Below are positions 11,507-23,565 of a stretch of DNA of 64,000 nt, one piece after another. The position numbers and the translations under genes are program-made. Source of the stretch: SAR86 cluster bacterium AG-422-E19. Its GTDB lineage: Bacteria > Pseudomonadota > Gammaproteobacteria > Magnimaribacterales > AG-339-G14. A model generated the notes under the pieces. It was given only the letters and a program-made list of their open reading frames with translations. It searched no databases and was not told where the DNA came from. Position 1 is the stretch's first letter. Every line of letters starts with the position of its first letter. The stretch is taken from contig QCMR01000002.1 of assembly GCA_003213595.1 (NCBI GenBank), positions 128,015 through 192,014 on the forward strand, given 5' to 3'.

Positions 11507-12418
11507 CTAGATAATTACTTTTTTAAAAACGTTGAAGTAACCATTTTCAATTTCTAAATCTTTGTAGAAATCTTTTTCTTTCAGCATTTCGTGAGCTTTA
11601 GGAAGGTTATACCATGGACAAAACATAAATAGATGATGCTCGATATGATAATTAACATTCAGAGGCGCAATGAAATATCTTACAAAATTTGAAGATAAGG
11701 TTGTTCTGGTATGAGTAAAGTCGTCTTGTCCAGATGTACAAGCATGCTCTGAGATGCTTCTTAGCCTGTAAAACAAACTGAAAATTGTTAATTTTGGTAT
11801 CCACCACAAAAGCAAATATAGCCATGGCACATTAAAAAAAGTTAATGTCGAAAAGATTATTAGCTGACAAATTAAGAAACCATAAAGTGAAGAAACAAAA
11901 TGCTTAAGATGTCCAAAAAAAGTATTTTCATTAACGCCCCATGCTGAATACAAGTATCCAAAATAACGCCTCAAACCAGATATACCAGTTAAATCTCTTA
12001 ATACTTTTCGAGAAAAGCTTTTTTTTGATACTGGAAAAGGATCGGTCAGGCTTTTATCAGGATCTAAATCAGTTTCCGTATGTTTGTGGTGTATTAAGTG
12101 ATATTTTCTATAACTTACCGTTTCTGTCATCATTGGATAGGCGCAAAGCCACTGAGAAATAAAGTCGTTAATCTTTTTATTCTTTGAAATCAAATTATGA
12201 GCACCATCGTGCATCATTACTACCAGGGCAAACTGCCTGGTTCCGATAATAAGAGCTGCAACCAGAAAGGTTAAGATACTTGGTGAAAAAGAAAAAATAA
12301 AAAAACCAAGAGCAATTTGAGCCCAAATACTAAAAATAGCTAAATAATTCCTCCAATCCTTAGAATCTCTCAAAATGGCTATTTCTTCTTCAGAAAGAAG
12401 AGTATTTGGGTTAATCAT
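11507..12418 (-). CDS. Membrane fatty-acid desaturase family protein
   Basis: Three histidine boxes (HDGAHN, HLIHHKH, HIEHH) separated by hydrophobic helices. Substrate not inferable. Confidence 0.8.
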   Translation of the reverse strand: MINPNTLLSEEEIAILRDSKDWRNYLAIFSIWAQIALGFFIFSFSPSILTFLVAALIIGTRQFALVVMMHDGAHNLISKNKKINDFISQWLCAYPMMTETVSYRKYHLIHHKHTETDLDPDKSLTDPFPVSKKSFSRKVLRDLTGISGLRRYFGYLYSAWGVNENTFFGHLKHFVSSLYGFLICQLIIFSTLTFFNVPWLYLLLWWIPKLTIFSLFYRLRSISEHACTSGQDDFTHTRTTLSSNFVRYFIAPLNVNYHIEHHLFMFCPWYNLPKAHEMLKEKDFYKDLEIENGYFNVFKKVII

Positions 12419-12450
12419 CAGTTTATTATACTAGACAATTCATGCCTTTC

Positions 12451-13557
12451 TTAAAGTCTGAATCCAAAAAGCTCTAATTTTGTTTTGGCTGCACTGCCCA
12501 AATCACCAACTATTTTATGATTATTGAAACCTAGCCTTTTGAGTGAAGTTCTTAATTCCTGAAAATCCCTTGGATCTTGTTTTGTTTTAAAAAAACGTTT
12601 AAAGGTGAAATCATCTCTTTTAACATCATAAATTTTTAGAAAGATTGAGGGTGGAATTCCAAAGACATCCATTTCCTCCTCTATGGAATTATCTATTTTA
12701 AAATCTATAAATCTATTAGGTTCGATTGCCTCTAGATTTTCATTAAAGAAATTATTAAATTCACTTAAAGCTTTTTCATTGAATTTATTTTCTGCGCTAA
12801 TTGTTTTTCCAGCAATATGGGGAGTCGCGATATAAGGCTTTTTAAACTTTGTTAAGTTAAGATTGCGTTCATTAGGCCATACATCAAAAATAAAATTATC
12901 TGATTTTTTTGATAAGTAGTACTCATCACTTAAAACTTCGCCCCTTGAAGAATTAATTAAAAATTGATCATCTTTCATTTCATTCAGAAAATTTATACCT
13001 AAAAGATTATGAGATGGAAATTTTCCAGTTTTTGAATAAGAACAGTTTAAGGAAATTACTTCTGAGGATAAAACTTCATCAAGGCTAGAGGATACTTTGG
13101 GTAAATATGGATCATAAATACAACAAGGAAAATTAATTTCATCCAAAATATTTTTGAATCTTTTACCAATATTGCCAAATCCGATAATGCCAAACTTTGT
13201 CTCATAGGGCTTAATTTTATTGCCAATAATCAAGACAGATAAAACACTCAATAAATATTCAATGACAGCTAATGCATTTCCGCCCTTGCCTGTAGAAAGA
13301 TGAATATTTGAGTTTTTAAAGTAATCTTGATCTATGTGATCTTCTCCTGAAGTTAAAGAAGCGACAAATTTTACATTTGTGTTATCTAACAATTCTTCGT
13401 TGATTTTCGTCGTAGATCTTAAAAAGACAGCATCGGAATCTTTGATAGCTTGATTTGAGATTTCGTGTGAGTCAAGACTTCGAACATTGAATTTAGAATT
13501 ACTTTCAAATGTCTTGGTTAACTCTTGCAAGTCTTTATTAATAACAATATTCATCAA
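12451..13557 (-). CDS. pdxB: Erythronate-4-phosphate dehydrogenase (PdxB-like D-2-hydroxyacid dehydrogenase)
   Basis: 368 aa. NAD fold GIIGFGNIGKR, catalytic region NSSRGEV...TPHIAG, and a C-terminal extension as in PdxB. Confidence 0.75.
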   Translation of the reverse strand: MMNIVINKDLQELTKTFESNSKFNVRSLDSHEISNQAIKDSDAVFLRSTTKINEELLDNTNVKFVASLTSGEDHIDQDYFKNSNIHLSTGKGGNALAVIEYLLSVLSVLIIGNKIKPYETKFGIIGFGNIGKRFKNILDEINFPCCIYDPYLPKVSSSLDEVLSSEVISLNCSYSKTGKFPSHNLLGINFLNEMKDDQFLINSSRGEVLSDEYYLSKKSDNFIFDVWPNERNLNLTKFKKPYIATPHIAGKTISAENKFNEKALSEFNNFFNENLEAIEPNRFIDFKIDNSIEEEMDVFGIPPSIFLKIYDVKRDDFTFKRFFKTKQDPRDFQELRTSLKRLGFNNHKIVGDLGSAAKTKLELFGFRL

Positions 13558-14180
13558 TTGTTTTTGTTGGGCAGCAACTTACTTTTTATCCAGCCAAAAA
13601 AAGAATTGTTTTTAAGACTGATTTGATCGATTTTGAGATATAAATCATCCAATTCTTTAGGGGAAGAAAACATATCTGCTCTGGATATCATTTTTTCATT
13701 CTCATCTAATTCTTTTACTACTTTTGCAGGATTGCCGGCAACTACAACATTTGGAGGAACATCTTTAACCACTACCGATCCAGCGCCAACAATGCTATTT
13801 TTTCCAATTCTCACCCCTTTGCTAACAATTGCACTATCTCCTATCCAAACGTTGTCTTCTAGAACTACTTCTAAAGACTTTCCAACAGGCAAAGCTCTAT
13901 CATAAATTCCATGCCAATCAGAGTCGGAAATGTATGCCCCATTGGCAAACATACATGAATCTCCAATTTTTATTGAAGTAGCTGCAGAAATTCTTACTCC
14001 TGGACTAAACAAACAAAAGTTGCCTGCTTCTATTTTTCCATCGTGTTTGTCTGCATTCCATGTAGTAATGTGAACATGAGCATCTGGGGATGTTATAAAA
14101 GTTGCGAAATCTCCAACGGATATGTTTTTACCAGATACGTGAAGATATTTAACACCCAAAATAAGAGGACTGGTTCCCAA
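13554..14180 (-). CDS. Hexapeptide-repeat (left-handed beta-helix) acyl/acetyltransferase
   Basis: Repeats IGDSCMF, IGDSAIV, IGKNSIVGAGSVV, then NVVVAGNPAKV. TTG start at 14180. No in-frame ATG before the upstream stop. Confidence 0.75.
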   Translation of the reverse strand: MGTSPLILGVKYLHVSGKNISVGDFATFITSPDAHVHITTWNADKHDGKIEAGNFCLFSPGVRISAATSIKIGDSCMFANGAYISDSDWHGIYDRALPVGKSLEVVLEDNVWIGDSAIVSKGVRIGKNSIVGAGSVVVKDVPPNVVVAGNPAKVVKELDENEKMISRADMFSSPKELDDLYLKIDQISLKNNSFFGWIKSKLLPNKNN

Positions 14181-14322
14181 ATGATCAAATTGAGGAGTGA
14201 TAATTTTTTTTATGTATTGTTGATCAAACCACCAATGAATTCTTTTAAGCCAAAAAGGTCTATTGTCTTTTCTAATTTTTAATCTCCAGATATTTTTACA
14301 TCATGTATGATACAGCGATTCT

Positions 14323-15732
14323 ATGAAAGAAACCCTCAACACTTCTACAGAAGATAGCGTCATAAAAAATTCAATGGCTTCAGAAGAAGCCAAAGAGTAT
14401 TTTAAACTAGCTACTCCAATGCTTTTGACTCAATTAGCAGCTCACGCTACTGGAATAATTTCTGCTTTAATGACTGGTAATTACAATACTGTTGATCAGG
14501 CTGCTGTCGCAATAGGTAATATGCTTTTTTGGCCTGCTTATTTTGGGATCGCAGGAGTATTGTTTATCGTTACTTCTTTTGTTGCTCAATCTTATGGGGC
14601 AAAGCAAATCTCACAAATTGGACCTCTTGTAAAGCAATCTTATTGGCTGACAATTCCTTTGATTCTTCTATTTATCATTTATACGTTAAATGCTGATTCA
14701 CTTCTTAATATCTTAGGTACTCCTGAAGAAGTAAAGACCATTACAAAAGATTATCTATTTGGGTTGATGATTGGTGCTCCAGCAATGTTTTTATTTCAAC
14801 CTTTGAGATCTATGTGTGAGGGTATGAAAAAACCTCTCCCCATTACTTACATAAATGTTGTGATGGTCTTAATAAACGCTCTAGTGAATTATGTTTTGAT
14901 TTTTGGTAAGTTTGGCTTCCCTGAATTGGGCGGTAAAGGTTGTGGAATAGCATTTTTAATTTCTTCATGGTCATCTCTTTTGATTATTCTTGGGTATATT
15001 TATTTTTCAAAATTTTTTAAAGATATTAGGTTTTTTGAAAGTTTTGAAGCTCCTAATCCGAAACAAATTTCTGAAATCATAAAACTTGGGATTCCTATTG
15101 GTGGCACCTTATTCATAGAAATAGCTGTTTTTAGTGGGGCGGGTTTAATTTTAAGTAGGCTTGGTGAAAATGTTATTTCTGCTCATGCAATTGCGATGCA
15201 AGTTACAACTTTAACTTTTATGTTGCCCCTTTCGATAGGCTTAGCAGCCAACGTTAGAGTTGGAAATTTAGTAGGGTCAAACTCATTAGACAGAGCAAGA
15301 TATTCTTCGTTTTTTGCAATGTTTTTTGCTTTATTCTTAGCAATTATAAATACCTTCATTCTTATAGAGTTTGGTAATTACCTTGCTAGCTTCTTCAATC
15401 CAGATACTGAAATTGTGAACCTAGCAGCTACTTTATTAATAATTGCTGCTATATTTCAAATTGCAGATGGTCTTAACTTCTCCGGCGTAGGTGCTTTGAG
15501 AGGTTTTAAGGATACCCAGATTTTATTCTTTTTTATGTTTATTGCTTATTGGATTATTGGAATGCCAATTGGATATACCTTGTCAATGACTGATTTCTTT
15601 TCTGATCCTATTGGGGCTCCAGGTATGTGGATCGGTTTGACCGTAGGCCTTTTTGTTTCGGCAGCTTTTGTTATTGCAAGAGTTAATTATACTACTGGAA
15701 GAGGTAGAAATAGATTTGTCTTAAATTCTTGA
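14323..15732 (+). CDS. MATE-family multidrug/sodium efflux transporter
   Basis: 469 aa with 12 predicted TM helices and an internal two-fold repeat typical of NorM/DinF-type MATE proteins. Confidence 0.85.
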   Translation: MKETLNTSTEDSVIKNSMASEEAKEYFKLATPMLLTQLAAHATGIISALMTGNYNTVDQAAVAIGNMLFWPAYFGIAGVLFIVTSFVAQSYGAKQISQIGPLVKQSYWLTIPLILLFIIYTLNADSLLNILGTPEEVKTITKDYLFGLMIGAPAMFLFQPLRSMCEGMKKPLPITYINVVMVLINALVNYVLIFGKFGFPELGGKGCGIAFLISSWSSLLIILGYIYFSKFFKDIRFFESFEAPNPKQISEIIKLGIPIGGTLFIEIAVFSGAGLILSRLGENVISAHAIAMQVTTLTFMLPLSIGLAANVRVGNLVGSNSLDRARYSSFFAMFFALFLAIINTFILIEFGNYLASFFNPDTEIVNLAATLLIIAAIFQIADGLNFSGVGALRGFKDTQILFFFMFIAYWIIGMPIGYTLSMTDFFSDPIGAPGMWIGLTVGLFVSAAFVIARVNYTTGRGRNRFVLNS

Positions 15733-15954
15733 ATGATTGAAATAGATGCCAAAGGTCTTAAATGTCCTGAGCCAATAATGCTTCTTCATCAATCTATTCA
15801 TGAAGCTAAAAAAGGTGATGAAGTGACTCTCATAGCTACAGATCCTACTGCAATTAAAGATGTCAAAAAGTTCTGCGAATATCTTAATCATTCGTTGATA
15901 TCTTTTTCTGAAGATGACGGAATCATTACATTCAAAGTAAAAAAGGGAGAGTAA
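15733..15954 (+). CDS. TusA/SirA-family sulfurtransferase-like protein
   Basis: 73 aa. GLKCPEPIM carries the Cys-Pro-x-Pro signature of the TusA fold. Its start abuts the stop of the MATE gene. Confidence 0.8.
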   Translation: MIEIDAKGLKCPEPIMLLHQSIHEAKKGDEVTLIATDPTAIKDVKKFCEYLNHSLISFSEDDGIITFKVKKGE

Positions 15955-15959
15955 GGAAT

Positions 15960-16997
15960 ATGGAAAAAATTAATAAGAGATGGGTCTTAGCAAAAAGACC
16001 TGAAGGCATGCCAGAAGATGAATGTTGGAAATTAGAAGAGGCTTCTATAAATGATCTTGATGAGAATCAAATCTTAATTAAAGTGATGTATCTCTCTATT
16101 GATCCATACATGCGAGGTAGAATGAACGATATGAAATCTTATACCGAGCCTGTTGCAATAGGAGAGGTAATGACAGGTGAAAGTGTTGGGCAAGTAATTC
16201 AATCCAGATCAGAGAAATTCCAAATTGGAGATTACGTTGCAGCCCACTTGGGTTGGCAATCTTTCATCAGATGTAGTGATGATAATCCTGCATTAATGAG
16301 AATTTATCCTGACTTGGCCCCAATACAATCTTTTTTAGGACCAGCAGGTATGCCAGGTAGGACTGCTTATTTTGGGCTTAAGGAAGTAGGAAAGGTAAAG
16401 GAAAGTGATACCGTGGTTGTGTCTGCAGCCTCTGGAGCTGTGGGCTCTGTCGTTGGTCAAATGGCTAAACTTATTGGTTGTAAAACTATAGGTATCGCAG
16501 GCGGAAAGAAAAAATGTGATTTTGTTAAGGATGTGATGGGATTGGATTATGCCGTTGACTATAAATCAAAAACATTTAGAGATGACTTATCTAAGGCTTG
16601 TTCAGATGGGATAGATATCTATTTTGAAAATGTTGGTGGAGAAGTTTCAAAAGCAGTTGCCGAGCTTCTCAATCCTGGAGCGAGAGTTCCAATTTGTGGC
16701 TTTATCTCAGCCTATAATTCCTTTAATTCGAACATCACAGAAAGCAATGAGTTACCTGAAACTCCCTTTGATATCTTTGGGAATTTAGATCCAGCACCTG
16801 AGCATAGATTTTTTGTGGTTACAGAATTTAATGAAAATTGGGAAGAGGCAACTGGAGAGTTAGCTGAATGGATGCGTCAAGGTAAAATAAAATACAAAGA
16901 AACCGTCTTAAAAGGTATTGAGAATGCTCCACAGGGGTTACGAGATGTATTAAGCGGCAAGAATTTTGGAAAACAACTTATAAAAGTGAGTGACTAA
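15960..16997 (+). CDS. NADP-dependent medium-chain alkenal/enone oxidoreductase (YncB/CurA/PTGR1-like)
   Basis: 345 aa. WVLAKRPEG N-terminus and nucleotide motif AASGAVGSVVGQMAK. Confidence 0.85.
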   Translation: MEKINKRWVLAKRPEGMPEDECWKLEEASINDLDENQILIKVMYLSIDPYMRGRMNDMKSYTEPVAIGEVMTGESVGQVIQSRSEKFQIGDYVAAHLGWQSFIRCSDDNPALMRIYPDLAPIQSFLGPAGMPGRTAYFGLKEVGKVKESDTVVVSAASGAVGSVVGQMAKLIGCKTIGIAGGKKKCDFVKDVMGLDYAVDYKSKTFRDDLSKACSDGIDIYFENVGGEVSKAVAELLNPGARVPICGFISAYNSFNSNITESNELPETPFDIFGNLDPAPEHRFFVVTEFNENWEEATGELAEWMRQGKIKYKETVLKGIENAPQGLRDVLSGKNFGKQLIKVSD

Positions 16998-18618
16998 AAA
17001 GTTTTCTTCAGAAACTAACCTCCCTTGGTGGAAAAAAGGAGTTATTTACCAGATTTATCCACGTTCTTTCAATGACACTTCTGGAAATGGTATTGGTGAT
17101 CTTAAAGGAATAACCAAAAAAATTTCTTACTTATCTTCACTAGGTATTGATGCTATATGGCTTTCTCCAATTTTTACCTCTCCTATGAGAGATATGGGTT
17201 ACGATGTTTCCAATTACACTGACATTGATCCCTTATTTGGAAATATTCTTGATTTTGAAAAACTCATAGAAAAAGCCAAAAAAAATAAAATTAAAATAAT
17301 AATTGATCAAGTTTTATCACATAGTTCTGATGCTCATCCTTTCTTTAAGATCAGTAAATCAAATAAAAATAATTCAAAATCAGATTGGTACGTCTGGGCC
17401 GATCCTAAGCCTGATGGCTCTCCTCCAAATAATTGGCTTTCTGTTTTTGGAGGCTCTGCATGGGAATGGGATACCAGCAGAGAGCAATATTACTTACATA
17501 ATTTTTTAAAGTCGCAACCGGACTTTAACTTTCATAATAAAGATGTTCAGAAATGGTTACTTTCAACTGTTAAGTTTTGGTTAGAAAAAGGTGTTGATGG
17601 CTTTAGGCTTGATACTGCAAATTATTATTTTCATGATAAAAAATTAAGAAATAATCCTGCTATCAAATCAAGCGCTTCTGGAAAAAATCCTTATTATTTC
17701 CAAAATTTAAAATATTCAATTAATCAAAAGGATAATTTTGCATTCCTAAAAAAGCTAAGAAAGCTTACAGATGAATATAAAGAAACGACGATGATTGGAG
17801 AAATTTCAAATGTTGAATTACAAGCTAAATACACTGCAAATAATGACAAACTTCATATGGCTTACAGTTTTGATCTTCTCAGAGATGAATTTTCTCCAAA
17901 ACACATAAGGAACACTGTTTCTAAATTTTTTAAAGAAACTAAAGATGGATGGCCGACATGGAGCTTTTCCAATCACGATGTAGTGAGGCATTTGTCTAGG
18001 TGGAATCAAACAAAAAAAAATAGACAAAAGTTTGCAAAATTAGCCTGTGTATTACTTATGTCGTTGAAAGGAACACCATGTATTTACCAAGGCGAAGAGC
18101 TTGGTCAAACTCAAACCAAAATTGAATTTGATGAAATTAAAGATCCTCCTGGAATAAAATTCTGGCCTATGGATTTTGGTAGAGATGGATGTAGAACTCC
18201 CATGATTTGGGATGAAAGCAAAAAATTTGCTGGTTTTTCAAATGCAAAGCCATGGCTTCCAATTAAAAAAGAACAAATTATGAACTCTGTTAAAAAGCAA
18301 TTAAGAAATAAAAATTCAACCTATTATTTTTATAAGACATTTATTTCTTTAAGAAAAAAAATATCCTTCTTTTCCGAAGAGATTTATTTTGAAAATAATA
18401 ATGAAGTTCTGATTTTTTATAGGGGAAATGAGAAAGAAATTTGTTGTGTGTTTAATTTATCGGAAAGAGAAATTAAGATAGATAATACTTATGGAAAAAT
18501 CATACCTTTTCTTCCATCTCAGCAGGTCAGGCAAGAATCAAAAAAATTAAATCTATCTTCTTATGGATTTTGTTTCTTGTCGAAAACAGATTTTAAGATT
18601 TCGAATGAAAAATCTTAA
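16990..18618 (+). CDS. GH13 alpha-glucosidase / oligo-1,6-glucosidase family
   Basis: GTG start. [31 protein letters not shown] and FSNHD match GH13 conserved regions I-IV. Confidence 0.9.
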   Translation: MTKKFSSETNLPWWKKGVIYQIYPRSFNDTSGNGIGDLKGITKKISYLSSLGIDAIWLSPIFTSPMRDMGYDVSNYTDIDPLFGNILDFEKLIEKAKKNKIKIIIDQVLSHSSDAHPFFKISKSNKNNSKSDWYVWADPKPDGSPPNNWLSVFGGSAWEWDTSREQYYLHNFLKSQPDFNFHNKDVQKWLLSTVKFWLEKGVDGFRLDTANYYFHDKKLRNNPAIKSSASGKNPYYFQNLKYSINQKDNFAFLKKLRKLTDEYKETTMIGEISNVELQAKYTANNDKLHMAYSFDLLRDEFSPKHIRNTVSKFFKETKDGWPTWSFSNHDVVRHLSRWNQTKKNRQKFAKLACVLLMSLKGTPCIYQGEELGQTQTKIEFDEIKDPPGIKFWPMDFGRDGCRTPMIWDESKKFAGFSNAKPWLPIKKEQIMNSVKKQLRNKNSTYYFYKTFISLRKKISFFSEEIYFENNNEVLIFYRGNEKEICCVFNLSEREIKIDNTYGKIIPFLPSQQVRQESKKLNLSSYGFCFLSKTDFKISNEKS

Positions 18619-19487
18619 AGAGACATTTCTTCTAAAATAGATTTTCCTATTTCAGATGGGCTTTTAACAGTCCTTACACCAGCACTTTCTAGGGCATTAA
18701 ATTTTTCTTCTGCCGTTCCTTTACCACCAGAAATTATTGCACCTGCATGCCCCATTCTTTTTCCAGGAGGTGCACTCACTCCTGCAATATAGCCTACAAC
18801 AGGCTTAGAGACGTTGTCTTTAATATATTCTGCAGCCTCTTCCTCAGCTGAACCCCCGATTTCTCCAACCATAACAATTCCCTCTGTTTGAGGATCCTCT
18901 TCAAAAAGCTTTAAAACATCGATAAAGCTTGTACCAGGAAGCGGGTCTCCGCCTATACCCACACAAGTAGACTGTCCGAGACCTGCCTTGGTAGTCTGAT
19001 CAACTGCTTCGTAAGTAAGAGTTCCTGACCTTGAGACAATTCCTACCTTACCAGGGCTATGGATGAAACCCGGCATAATTCCTAATTTGCATTCACCTGG
19101 AGTAATTATTCCTGGACAATTTGGACCAATAATTCTTATACCTTCCTTATCTGCTAATTCTTTAACTTCTAACATATCCAAGGTTGGAATACCTTCGGTT
19201 ATACAGATTATCAATTCAATACCGCTTTCTATTGCCTCAATTATTGAAGGTTTACAAAATTTGGCGGGGACAAAGATTATACTAGCACTTGCCTCGGTAG
19301 CTTGTTTTGCTTCTTTTACGGAATTGAAGACTGGGAGATCCAAATGAGTTTGCCCGCCCTTCCCAGGAGTGACGCCACCTAAAATATTGGTTCCGTACTC
19401 TATCGCTTGGCTACAATGCAATGTGCCTTGTGCTCCAGTAAACCCCTGACAAATCACTTTGGTTTTTTTGTTAATTAAAATACTCAT
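18615..19487 (-). CDS. sucD: Succinyl-CoA synthetase alpha subunit
   Basis: 290 aa. [11 protein letters not shown], and the phosphohistidine loop [11 protein letters not shown]. Confidence 0.98.
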   Translation of the reverse strand: MSILINKKTKVICQGFTGAQGTLHCSQAIEYGTNILGGVTPGKGGQTHLDLPVFNSVKEAKQATEASASIIFVPAKFCKPSIIEAIESGIELIICITEGIPTLDMLEVKELADKEGIRIIGPNCPGIITPGECKLGIMPGFIHSPGKVGIVSRSGTLTYEAVDQTTKAGLGQSTCVGIGGDPLPGTSFIDVLKLFEEDPQTEGIVMVGEIGGSAEEEAAEYIKDNVSKPVVGYIAGVSAPPGKRMGHAGAIISGGKGTAEEKFNALESAGVRTVKSPSEIGKSILEEMSL

Positions 19488-20641
19488 CCTGAGTTTTTTA
19501 CTGCTAATTCAGCTGCATCTGAAAGATCATCTGCAGAAATGATATTAAGATCGCTTTCAGATAGAATTTTTTTTGCCTCTTCTGAATTATTCCCTTTAAG
19601 TCTCACAATAACAGGTATATCAACTCCAACTTCTGAAACAGCTGAAACTATCCCAGAGGCAACGACATCACACCTTACAATTCCACCAAAAATATTTATC
19701 AAGACCGACTTAACTTTTTCATCAGAAAGAATGATCTTAAAAGCCTCGGCTACTCTTTCTTTATCTACAGTGCCCCCAACATCCAAAAAATTCGCTGGAA
19801 ATCCGCCAGAAAGCTTAATGATATCCATTGTTGCCATTGCAAGACCAGCTCCATTAACCATACATCCTATATTTCCATCCAAAGCCACATAGTTAAGATC
19901 CCATTTTGCTGCTTCGATTTCCTTTTGATTTTCTTGCGAAGCGTCTCGCAGTTTTAAAAGATCTTCTTGTCTAAACAATGCATTTTCATCAATATTTATT
20001 TTTGCATCCAAACATTTTAGAGAATCATTTTGATCTATAACCAAAGGATTGATTTCAATCAAAGAAAGATCTTTTTCAAAAAATAAAGTTACCAATCCAG
20101 AAACTATTTTTTTAAATTCTACGGTTTGGTTGGAAGACAACTCTAGACCGTTAACCAAAGGAAGAACGTCAAAGTCTTCTTTCTTATTTTTGCTGACATT
20201 AATCTTAAAAATTTTCTCAGGACTTTTCTCGGCGACTTTTTCAATATCCATACCGCCTTCTGGTGAGGCCATCACCACCAAAGATTGAGAGCTCCTGTCT
20301 ATCACAGCACCAAGATAAAGTTCTTTTTGGATCGAGGTACTTTCTGCAATCATTATTGCTGAAACTGGCTTTCCTTCATCTCCAGTCTGGTGATTGACAA
20401 ATTTCTTTCCGAGCCAATCTTTAGCAAATTCTATAATCTCATCAATGTCGTTTGTTATTTTAACTCCGCCTACTTTCCCCCTTCCGCCAGCATGAACTTG
20501 GACTTTTGCAACAAATTCTTCGCCGTCTAATTCATTAATAAGATTAGAAATTTCTTCTGCTGAAAAGGCTACTACAGAGTTAGCTGTTGGTAAGTCGAAA
20601 TTTTCTAGGAGTTGTTTTGACTGATATTCGTGTAAATTCAA
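19484..20641 (-). CDS. sucC: Succinyl-CoA synthetase beta subunit
   Basis: 385 aa with a TTG start. [13 protein letters not shown]-terminus, ATP-grasp domain. Overlaps sucD by 4 nt. Confidence 0.98.
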   Translation of the reverse strand: MNLHEYQSKQLLENFDLPTANSVVAFSAEEISNLINELDGEEFVAKVQVHAGGRGKVGGVKITNDIDEIIEFAKDWLGKKFVNHQTGDEGKPVSAIMIAESTSIQKELYLGAVIDRSSQSLVVMASPEGGMDIEKVAEKSPEKIFKINVSKNKKEDFDVLPLVNGLELSSNQTVEFKKIVSGLVTLFFEKDLSLIEINPLVIDQNDSLKCLDAKINIDENALFRQEDLLKLRDASQENQKEIEAAKWDLNYVALDGNIGCMVNGAGLAMATMDIIKLSGGFPANFLDVGGTVDKERVAEAFKIILSDEKVKSVLINIFGGIVRCDVVASGIVSAVSEVGVDIPVIVRLKGNNSEEAKKILSESDLNIISADDLSDAAELAVKNSG

Positions 20642-20651
20642 AGTGTTAGTA

Positions 20652-21392
20652 TTATAAAGCCCTTTTTACTAACATTTTTTTAATTTCACCAATTGCTTTT
20701 GTAGGGTTTAAGCCTTTAGGACAGACTGAAACGCAGTTCATGATTCCATGGCATCTGAAAACACTAAAAGCGTCTTCTAATTGCTCTAATCTTTCTTCTG
20801 TAGCAGTATCTCTGCTGTCAGCAATAAATCTGTACGCTTGTAGAAGAGCTGCTGGTCCCAAAAATTTATCAGGATTCCACCAAAAGGATGGGCAGGCAGT
20901 AGAGCAGCAACCGCACATTATGCACTCGTAAAGGCCATCTAACTTTTCTCTTTCCTCGATTGTTTGAGGAATGGCTTCTCTGGTATCGACTTTTTTATCA
21001 GTAATCAGATATGGTTTTACTTTTTTATACTGATCAACAAATTGTTTCATATCAACAATTAAATCTTTAATAACAGGAAGTCCTGGCAGAGGTCTAATAG
21101 AAAGCTTATTAGATTTAGCTACATCAGATAAAGGCGTAATGCACCCAAGACCATTTTTACCATTTATGTTTAAACCATCAGATCCGCAAACTCCTTCACG
21201 ACAAGATCTTCTGAAAGAAATTGATGGATCCTGTTCCTTTGCAAGCATCAAAACGTCTAAAACCATTAAATCTTTTTCTGTAGGTATGTCTATATCAAAG
21301 TCCTGCATGTATGGCTTTTCTTGCTTCAGAGGATCATACCTGTAGATACTCAATCGAAGTGTTTTGATCTCACTTGCTGCAATCGCATTCAT
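20652..21392 (-). CDS. sdhB: Succinate dehydrogenase iron-sulfur subunit
   Basis: Cys clusters for the 2Fe-2S (CREGVCGSDG), 4Fe-4S (CIMCGCCSTACP) and 3Fe-4S (CHGIMNCVSVCP) centres. Confidence 0.98.
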   Translation of the reverse strand: MNAIAASEIKTLRLSIYRYDPLKQEKPYMQDFDIDIPTEKDLMVLDVLMLAKEQDPSISFRRSCREGVCGSDGLNINGKNGLGCITPLSDVAKSNKLSIRPLPGLPVIKDLIVDMKQFVDQYKKVKPYLITDKKVDTREAIPQTIEEREKLDGLYECIMCGCCSTACPSFWWNPDKFLGPAALLQAYRFIADSRDTATEERLEQLEDAFSVFRCHGIMNCVSVCPKGLNPTKAIGEIKKMLVKRAL

Positions 21393-23197
21393 TAATAAGT
21401 CCTGACAATTGGTTGGAAAGCCTGAACTTGTTTAGGCCTAAAGTTGACATCTCTTTTAGATACTTGCTTAGTATCGGAAAAATAAATTGAGTGTTTAAGC
21501 CAATTTTCATCATCTCTATCTGGGAAATCTTCTCTGGAGTGAGCTCCTCTACTTTCTTTCCTTTCGTTTGCACTAATTGCAGTAGCTTCAGCAACTTCGA
21601 TTAGATTGAGGAGTTCCAAAGCTTCAACTCTGGCTGTATTAAACTGTGAAGATTTATCAGCAAGATGAATGTTTTGAGATTTATCTCTTAGATCAGAGAC
21701 TTCTTTAATGCCATTTTCCATCAATTCTTCAGTTCTAAATACTCCAAAATTCATTTGCATTGTTTTTTGTAAGTCTTTCTTAACTTCAACAAAGTTTTCA
21801 CCAGATTGACTTACATTTACTCTGTTGAGATTTCTAAGAGCATAGTCGATATCATCAGATGAAGGATCATCCATTTTTATGCCTGCCTTGAAACTTTCTT
21901 CTATGTGTAATCCAGCAGATCTTCCAAAAACAATAAGGTCTAGAAGAGAATTTCCTCCTAATCGATTACCGCCATGAACGGAGACACAAGCTGCTTCTCC
22001 TGCAGCATAGAGACCATCTATGATTTTATCTGTACCGTCAGGATTTTGAGAAATGACCTGACCATGAACATTGGTTGGAATGCCTCCCATTGCATAATGA
22101 CAAGTGGGAACAACCGGAATAGGATGTTCGGCAGGATCAACATGAGCAAACCTTTTTGATAATTCTGTTACTCCAGGCAGTCTTTTGTGAACGATTTCTG
22201 GCCCTAAATGATCAAGTTTTAAATAAACATGATCAGCATCTGGACCACAGCCTCTACCTTCTAAAATTTCAGTAAACATGGATCTTGCAACAACATCTCT
22301 GCTAGCTAGGTCTTTATAGTTAGGTGCATATCTTTCCATGAATCGTTCGCCGTCTTTGTTAACCAAGTAACCACCTTCTCCTCTACAACCTTCAGTTACT
22401 AAAGTTCCATGACCATGAATACCTGTTGGATGAAACTGCCACATCTCCATATCTTGCACAGGGAAACCCGCTCTCAATGCCATTCCAGTACCATCACCGG
22501 TGTTGATGAGAGCGTTTGAAGTTGTTTGATATATCCTTCCAGCTCCTCCAGTAGCTAAAACAGTAGCTTTTGATTTTAAAAAGTATGGTTCGCCGGATTC
22601 AATTTCAAAGGCAATAACTCCAACAACCTGATCATTTTGATTTTTTACAAGATCAACTGCGAACCACTCTGAAAGAAAGTTGGTTCCCGCTTTAACGTTT
22701 GCTTGGAAAAGTGTATGCAAAAGAGCATGTCCTGTTCTATCGGCAGCAGCACAAGTTCTTTCTGCTTGTCCCCCTTTTCCGTAATCTTTTGACTGACCTC
22801 CAAATGCTCTTTGATAAATTTTGCCTTCTTCAGTTCGAGAAAATGGTAATCCCATATTTTCCAATTCAAATATTGCTTCAGGACCTTCTTTGCACATGTA
22901 TTCTATGGAATCCTGATCTCCAATAAAATCTGAGCCTTTAACAGTGTCATACATGTGCCATCTCCAATCGTCATCTGGGTCTGCACTTTGAATTGAGCAA
23001 GTGATACCACCTTGAGCAGAAACAGTATGCGAACGAGTAGGAAAAACTTTAGAAACAACAGCCGTATTCATTCCTGATTTAGCAAGCTGAAGAGATGCCA
23101 TCATTCCAGAACCACCACCACCAACGATAATTCCGTCAAATTCCTTTACCGGTAAAGTTGATGCATCTAAAAAGGTACCTTTTCCATTCATTGCCAT
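21392..23197 (-). CDS. sdhA: Succinate dehydrogenase flavoprotein subunit
   Basis: 601 aa. [12 protein letters not shown] fold, the covalent-FAD histidine context SHTVSAQGG, and the HPTG motif. Confidence 0.98.
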   Translation of the reverse strand: MAMNGKGTFLDASTLPVKEFDGIIVGGGGSGMMASLQLAKSGMNTAVVSKVFPTRSHTVSAQGGITCSIQSADPDDDWRWHMYDTVKGSDFIGDQDSIEYMCKEGPEAIFELENMGLPFSRTEEGKIYQRAFGGQSKDYGKGGQAERTCAAADRTGHALLHTLFQANVKAGTNFLSEWFAVDLVKNQNDQVVGVIAFEIESGEPYFLKSKATVLATGGAGRIYQTTSNALINTGDGTGMALRAGFPVQDMEMWQFHPTGIHGHGTLVTEGCRGEGGYLVNKDGERFMERYAPNYKDLASRDVVARSMFTEILEGRGCGPDADHVYLKLDHLGPEIVHKRLPGVTELSKRFAHVDPAEHPIPVVPTCHYAMGGIPTNVHGQVISQNPDGTDKIIDGLYAAGEAACVSVHGGNRLGGNSLLDLIVFGRSAGLHIEESFKAGIKMDDPSSDDIDYALRNLNRVNVSQSGENFVEVKKDLQKTMQMNFGVFRTEELMENGIKEVSDLRDKSQNIHLADKSSQFNTARVEALELLNLIEVAEATAISANERKESRGAHSREDFPDRDDENWLKHSIYFSDTKQVSKRDVNFRPKQVQAFQPIVRTY

Positions 23198-23202
23198 AAT
23201 TA

Positions 23203-23565
23203 CTAACCTAAAATATAAAAACTACAAATAATTAAACCAAGAGCTTGGAGCCAACTAAAACCTATGACTGCAGGTCTAAGAATTTTAGCGGAGGCACCAA
23301 TTTGCGCCTGAGTAAGATAATCAGTCGCTACGTTCCAAATTCCTTGCACTGAATGATAAGCAATTGAAATGGCGACGATTACCGTAAAAATTTCTACAAG
23401 GAGAATATCAAAAAAGCCAGATAGTTGTTCGTATTTAAAGTCTCTATTGACTAACCAATAGAAGGTTATAACTGAAAAATATACTGCTTGAATTGTCGCT
23501 GTGATTCTTACTAAGACATAATCAAAGATTCCTGTTTTTTTTAATCTGTATAGCTTCGTTACCAT
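23203..23565 (-). CDS. sdhD: Succinate dehydrogenase membrane anchor subunit SdhD
   Basis: 120 aa with 3 TM helices. Called mainly from its position between sdhC and sdhA. Confidence 0.85.
   Translation of the reverse strand: MVTKLYRLKKTGIFDYVLVRITATIQAVYFSVITFYWLVNRDFKYEQLSGFFDILLVEIFTVIVAISIAYHSVQGIWNVATDYLTQAQIGASAKILRPAVIGFSWLQALGLIICSFYILG

Noticed and set aside
14303-14326. Seven-codon upstream ORF (MYDTAIL) overlapping the MATE transporter start codon, considered as a leader peptide or attenuator.
   Set aside because: There is no recognisable RBS, no regulatory codon pattern and no alternative RNA structures. Such short ORFs arise readily by chance.
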